Shown here: positions 58,984 to 64,000 of the stretch, piece after piece | How the letters are laid out: each line of letters begins with the position of its first letter | Position numbering within the stretch: position 1 is the first letter of the stretch | Assembly (NCBI GenBank): GCA_002269645.1 | Contig: NIVC01000303.1 | Coordinates: 310,001-374,000 of the forward strand | Reading direction: 5' to 3' | From: Macrostomum lignano | Lineage: Eukaryota | DNA: 64,000 nt | The notes under the pieces: model-generated | Database searches by the model: none | What the model was told of the DNA's origin: nothing | The model's input: only the letters and a program-made list of their open reading frames with translations | Position numbers and translations under genes: made by a program

Positions 58984-61941
58984 ATGTCTGTCTGTCTGTC
59001 TGTCTGTCTGTATGTCTGTCTGTCTGTCTGTCTGTCTGTCTTGATTTGTATGCGTCTGTCAATCAACCAGTCATATGATTTCTGTCAATCAATCAACAAA
59101 CCAATGCTCCTACTCTTTCCTCGCACCCTCAGAAACTGGAGATCTGCCACCTGGGCCCGGACAGCCTGAACGAGGAGCAGCTGGGCGCCCCAGACAAGAA
59201 CAAGCGCCGCTGGGAGGCGCTCACGCACAATTCCGCCTGGAGGAAGCGCGTCAGCGCTGGCGGCTGCCGCAACTACTTGGACACGTTCTGGACCAATCCG
59301 CAGTTCCGCGTCAAAGTGATCGACCCGGACGAGGACGACGACGAGAACAAAGGCTCCATCATTGTCGGCCTGATGCAGAAGAACATGCGCAAGAAGCGCT
59401 CGGAAGGCCTGGACTTGCACACGATCGGGTACGCGATCTACAGGATCAAGGATGGAGACGACAGGCCGCTGGATTTGAAGTTCTTCAAGTGCACGGCTAG
59501 CGTGGCAAAGGCGCCGGCGTTTATTAATCTGCGCGAAGTGTGCGGCCGGCACAAACTGGACCCGGGCACGTACGTCATTGTGCCAAGCACGTTCGAGCCC
59601 AATCAGGAGGCTGAGTTCTTGCTTAGGATCTACTCCGAGACTAAGAATGAGTCCGGCGAGATGGACGACGTTACAACGGTTGAGGAAGTCCAGGTAAATC
59701 GAACTCTTATGGTTGCTAGGATTTCACCTGTTAAGTTTATTTTCTATACATATCGGATGTTTTGGTCATATTTTTGTTACATTAATAAACCCAAAATCTG
59801 CTTTGTAAAATTGTTTTCTATACATATAGGGTAACCTACCCCTTTAACAAATTAGCTATTCATAGTTTTCCCATTTAAATCCAATAAAAGGTCTGCTTAG
59901 CGAATTTATTTTCCATACATATCGGATGTCGCATCACTTACAAATTACTAATTTAGTTCCCTTAGTTTCAGATTCAAGATCTTTTCCTTTGAAAAAAACT
60001 GTTTTCTATACATATCGGGCATCCCATCTTTTAATTAGCAAGTTAGCTATAGTTATCTATATGATCGGAATAATAAACTTAATCTCTCGATTTTCTATCA
60101 CCGCTTGGAGATATTTATCTAACTTGATTTTTTTCACATCATTCTATACACTGTGCACCTGCGTTGGTATTGCTAGTAGTTATATTTATATAACTATTTA
60201 AAGGTTAATTGATTTCGATTATAATGGATATTCTTAAAACTGAAAATTCTTTATTTATTTATTTTATATTTATACTTATCACGGAACGAATGCTAAATCT
60301 ATTAATTAGTGATTGCATACAATAGTTAATTATTATATATACTTCAGTATGTGTATATAAAGAAGTTATTTGCGTAATTTTTTCCAGGAACCGGCTTTGC
60401 GCGTAAGGCTTTCAGTAGCAGTATTTTCAGAACTAATAATATTACTAAAACAACAAGATTTATAATGACTGCATCTCAAGCCAGTGCTTTGTATATATTT
60501 GTCTGTGTGCGCACGTGTGTTTCAACGCCTTTCTGCTTCACAAGTTTGTTTGCAATCTAGTTTTTAGCTTGGAGAGCTCAGTAAAAACTTATATGGGGCT
60601 TAACACCATAAGAAACTGGGTACAATTTTAACTAGCTTAGTCATAAAGTTTCCATACATGTCGCTACTGTTCGGTCAGTAGTAGAATTTGAATGTGAAAA
60701 GATAAATTCTCGTCAGTGCAAAAAATTAATTTGCATAGTTGGCTTTTTACACTGTATTTATCATTGAGTTATTTTTAGATATTCTTTAAAGTGCCGCTTT
60801 TTTGCCGTTTGCAGTCGCATTTTGTCTGGCTTATTTTTTAATCCATCGTATTTTTCCGTGGTAGAAAAATGTGTACGTTTAGAAATCTTTATATTATTAT
60901 TGCTAATATGCGGTCTTTTTCAGATGTTAGATTTTATAGCTTCCGCCGGTTTTGGGTATTTGTTTAATTTCAGGAAGGAGACGACTCAAAAAGTCATCAG
61001 GAACAGGTATTTGTTTACTATTTTGACATTTTTGCAGAGATGTGCTAAAGAATCAACAAGCGTTAATAATTACTGGGGATTTTTTGAGGTTGGCCAATAA
61101 TCTTAATAATATAAAATTCCTGTTGTGTGCAATTCGCCTACTCATAGTAGCCCGACGCAGAAGAGTAATCGCAATTTTTATGAAATATAATGATCAAATG
61201 AAAAGACACGCAATTAAAAGTTTAAATTTATTGTCTTTCTGGTGAAAGTGTGAAAGTTTTCTGACTGACTTTTGTCGGTTATTATTATTAATAATATTAT
61301 TCTTTATTGCATTCAAAATTTTTGCATAACCTAAAAGGAAAGACAACAAACAAGACATTAATTAATGAAGAAAACTCAATTGCTTCATTTTGCTTCCTGT
61401 TGCTGGGGGCTTACTCGCTGCTGTGCATGATCAATATGAGCTTATTTTGAATCAATAATTGCTAATAAATTTGAATAGTGCGTGTGTGTGTGTGTGTGTG
61501 TGTAGGTGCTCGAGTTCTTACTTGCACAAGATTTTCATGTTTGCTAAGTTACAGATTTTCTATACATATCGGAGAAGAAAGTGCAAGTTGGTTTAGATTA
61601 AGCTTTTAACTTATCGCGATTTCCCACACTCGTGTGTTTTCTAATCTAACGAAAGTCTAGTTAGTAAGTTAGTAGGCTCACACTCTACTCATACTAATTG
61701 TAATTTTCATAGCAGTAGTAGCTGACTGTGTGTTGAATCAGTTAAAAATGTACAATGTCTAACCGCAAACCTTTGCTCTTCCATTTTCTTTTTAAATTTG
61801 ACTAGCCCGACCGGGAGCCAACCGCCCAGGAGAAAGCTCAAGAGAAGGCGCTTAAAGAGGCCTTCCAGAAAATTGCCGGCGAAGACATGGAAGTTGACGC
61901 TTACGAGCTGCGAGACATCGTCAATACCGCCTTCCAGAAAG
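46612..61941 (+). CDS. Classical calpain (CysPc catalytic domain, C2-like/CBSW domain, start of penta-EF-hand domain); continues beyond the right edge
   Basis: Exons 46612-46851, 48728-48797 ([24 protein letters not shown]; not in the ORF track), 57064-57572, 58525-58737, 59133-59693, 61806-61941. All are GT-AG and phase-consistent (0,1,0,0,0,1). The catalytic triad is intact: QGELG|DCW, GHAYS, RNPWG. The exon at 61806 reads [22 protein letters not shown] (first EF hand). Confidence 0.95.
46878..47712. repeat. 24-bp minisatellite GCGCCGAATCTAGGTCTTTTTGTA, 5' part of calpain intron 1
   Basis: Directly visible; starts about 25 nt after the donor. Confidence 0.93.
47985..48670. repeat. Degenerate 21-bp purine-rich minisatellite GAGATACCAGAGGAGATTAGA, 3' part of calpain intron 1
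   Basis: Directly visible. Confidence 0.88.
49190..49407. repeat. (GTCT)n microsatellite, calpain intron 2
   Basis: Directly visible. Confidence 0.95.
50028..53372. repeat. 33-bp minisatellite CTCTGTGCCTGTCTTTAATTGTCTGTCTCTGAC, about 100 copies, with a 1087-bp internal duplication
   Basis: Directly visible; identical ORFs at 50209 and 51296; a rare variant recurs at 50200 and 51287. Confidence 0.96.
54150..54360 (+). mobile_element. Putative tRNA-derived SINE with a CORE-like segment
   Basis: B-box/T-arm GGGGGTTCGATTCCC at 54212-54226, followed by GACACTTAACTCTGCATAGCTTCAGTT at about 54265, similar to the CORE-SINE consensus as I recall it. Boundaries are approximate. Confidence 0.4.
55120..55803. 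repeat. C-rich composite minisatellite (about 83-bp unit, then 34-bp CTTGACCCCTTGCCCCTCTTAACACTTTGCCCCC)
   Basis: Directly visible. Confidence 0.9.
56705..56922. repeat. 20-bp minisatellite CAGAGGTCATAGAGTACA(C/T)A
   Basis: Directly visible. Confidence 0.9.
57645..58437. repeat. 34-bp minisatellite GATCCCAGTGATCCCATATTCCCAACCGATTCTT with an alternate unit, calpain intron 3
   Basis: Directly visible. Confidence 0.95.
58742..59040. repeat. (GT)n then (GTCT)n microsatellite, calpain intron 4
   Basis: Directly visible; starts 4 nt after the donor GT. Confidence 0.95.
60388..60402 (+). CDS. Candidate 15-nt calpain microexon (EPALR)
   Basis: ttgcgtaattttttccag|GAACCGGCTTTGCGC|gtaagg; phase 0-0, frame-preserving, inside calpain intron 5. 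Confidence 0.5.
60974..61006 (+). CDS. Candidate 33-nt calpain microexon ([11 protein letters not shown])
   Basis: ttgtttaatttcag|GAAGGAGACGACTCAAAAAGTCATCAGGAACAG|gtattt; phase 0-0, no stop codon. Confidence 0.5.
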
Positions 61942-62934
61942 GTAATTTTAACTTCAACTGCTAGCTGCTTTCAAACTTGTATTTACTAGGTAAATTGAAA
62001 AGTTATAACAATATGCTTCTACTCTACTTTGGTTAGTAGCTCGATGTGGGCTTTGGTAATACTTTTTTCGAAGACAGTGAAATGATTTATGTTTATGGTA
62101 GTTGATCTGGCTTACTTATTAAATTATTATATTAGGCCAATCGTAATGGTTTATTTTATTCATATAAAAGGTAATAAAATCATTTTGCTTTTTGTGTTGC
62201 ATATTGATTGTTTGTATTTTTGTTTGTATTCGACTATTATAATATTTGCTTAGCATTTTTCTGTTTCTGCTTCAAAAAACACGAAAATTGGGTGGCGCTT
62301 ACACTTTCACGTTGAAAATACACCACCTTGGTGAAGATTTTTATTTAGCTTTAATTCAAAATCATTAACGAAGCTTCTTTGACATAGCTCTACGAAAACG
62401 AAGTTTTCACTGGGTCCGTGTGTGTTATTCTGGGGGTATAAATAGCTACAAGAGCTGCTACTTAGTTGGTCTGGAGCTCCGCTGGCATCAAGGGGTCACT
62501 CTACGGGCGCACACATCGCCCTTTAACAAATCACCCTTGGGAAGGTCTGAGTTCGAGCCCCCGTATCCCCTAGCAGGGGAGCCGCCTCTAATCGAGGGCG
62601 CCGGCTGACAGAAACGCTTGGGCCATTGGGCTTTGCAAGGAAGCTGGCGACCCAGTTACAGTTGGTTGCCAGCTGAGCATTCCGATGGAGACTCAATTGA
62701 GACTGGGCTGGTGGCTGGCCTGTGCAGTGCAATATGCCTTGACAACTCAATTCAGACTACGTAGCGCCAGACCCCAATTTTTATTGCCTTTGCTTCTTGA
62801 TTTCTGCTTCAAGTGATTTGCTCCCTTGGCCTTGTGTTTCTGCCAGGCTGTTTACAACGTCTTTTTCTAAATGTAAACTTTTGTTTGTGAGTAATCGGTA
62901 ATAACATTAATAATAATATAACAAATCATTCCAG

Positions 62935-62940
62935 GCGGTG
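62935..62940 (+). CDS. Candidate 6-nt calpain microexon
   Basis: acaaatcattccag|GCGGTG|gtaagt; perfect donor; compatible with the phase 1 end of exon 61806-61941. Confidence 0.45.
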
Positions 62941-63309
62941 GTAAGTCAGATTTCATTTGCTACATATGCACGAATAGTCCATTCTGTACTTTTATTACAA
63001 GCATATGCCGAATATAACTCGCAGAATTGCCTGCTCTTTCGGATTGCCTGTTCGTTTCTTGCACTTGGTTTTTTATTGTCTACAAGTCACTAAGTGTTTT
63101 GTATAAATTGTTATCCTTTTGCTTTTCTACTGTCTTATTGTTAAAAACTTGTTTATACTACTGATCACTAAAAACATATTTTGTTATTCGGTGTGTTCAA
63201 GAATTGTAGAACTGTACTGTATGTACACTTGTTTTGCTCTGAAATGCTATGAATTTCAGGGACAGGAGCTTAAAGGAGATAGCGGTACTCATTGAAGATT
63301 AAATGAGGG

Positions 63310-63770
63310 GTAGAGGCTTCTACTGAAGGCCACATGGGGGGTAGAGGCTACTACTGAAGGTTGAATAGGGGTAGAGGCTCCCACTGAAGGTCACATGGGC
63401 GGTAGAGGCTACCACGGAAGGTCACATGGGCGGTAGAGGCTACCACGGAAGGTCACATGGGCGGTAGAGGCTACCACGGAAGGTCACATGGGGGGTAGAG
63501 GCTACCACTGAAGGTCACATGGGCGGTAGAGGCTCCCACTGAAGGTCACATGGGTGGGTAGAGGCTACCACTGAAGGTTACATGGGGGGTAGAGGCTCCC
63601 ACTGAAGGTCACATGGGGGGGGGGGGTAGAGGCTCCCACTGAAGGTCACATGGGGGGGTAGAGGCTCCCACTGAAGGTCACATGGGGGTAGAGAGAGGCT
63701 ACCACTGAAGGTCACATGGGGGTAGAGGCTACCACTGAAGGTTGCATAGGGGTAGAGGCTCCCACTGAAG
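63310..63770. repeat. 31-32-bp minisatellite GGTAGAGGCTCCCACTGAAGGTCACATGGG(G)
   Basis: Directly visible. Confidence 0.92.
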
Positions 63771-64000
63771 TTTGATTCCTGAAGCCCAAGATGTGGGGGC
63801 ATTATGCGGATCTGAAGCGCTGGAAGGTGTTGACATTTGACCTTTGCACGCATTTGTCTGTCACATTCATTTCGGCGCCCCTGCCCCCTTTCTGTGCTGA
63901 ATTGTTGGTTATAATCATGATATTAACAGGTACTAAACACAGTCATTGTTGCCATATAGACATCATAGTACTCCTTTACCATAGACTCTATCTATGATGT

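Noticed and set aside
62545-62570. B-box-like GAGTTCGAGCCC
   Set aside because: No A box or cloverleaf nearby; insufficient for a tRNA or SINE call.
63260-63284. Possible small calpain exon (tttcag|GGACAG...AGCG|gtactc)
   Set aside because: It is 25 nt long and gives an in-frame TAA when entered in phase 1.

Overview
Eukaryotic (animal) genomic DNA with GC-rich exons and introns packed with minisatellites. The style is most consistent with a flatworm such as Macrostomum (inference, not proven). I rebuilt six intron-containing genes by hand from GT-AG sites and phase continuity: AHI1/jouberin (minus, 8 exons, runs off the left edge); Asterix/WDR83OS (minus, 2 exons, complete); the C-terminal half of a rhodopsin-type GPCR (minus); an RREB1/pebbled C2H2 zinc-finger gene (plus, with an unexplained frame switch near 29160); a USPL1-like gene (minus, 3 exons) that appears to have lost all three catalytic residues; and a classical calpain (plus, runs off the right edge) with three candidate microexons. 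About 35 tandem arrays are present and nearly every intron has its own unit. Almost all long ORFs in the supplied track that show periodic peptides are translations of these arrays, not genes. Other elements include two MITEs with 8-bp target-site duplications (one an almost perfect 172-bp palindrome), an inverted pair of satellite arrays and an intron carrying about 38 GTGAGT donor-like motifs. All alignments to known proteins are from memory and by eye and need computational confirmation. No CRISPR, rRNA or prokaryotic system is present.
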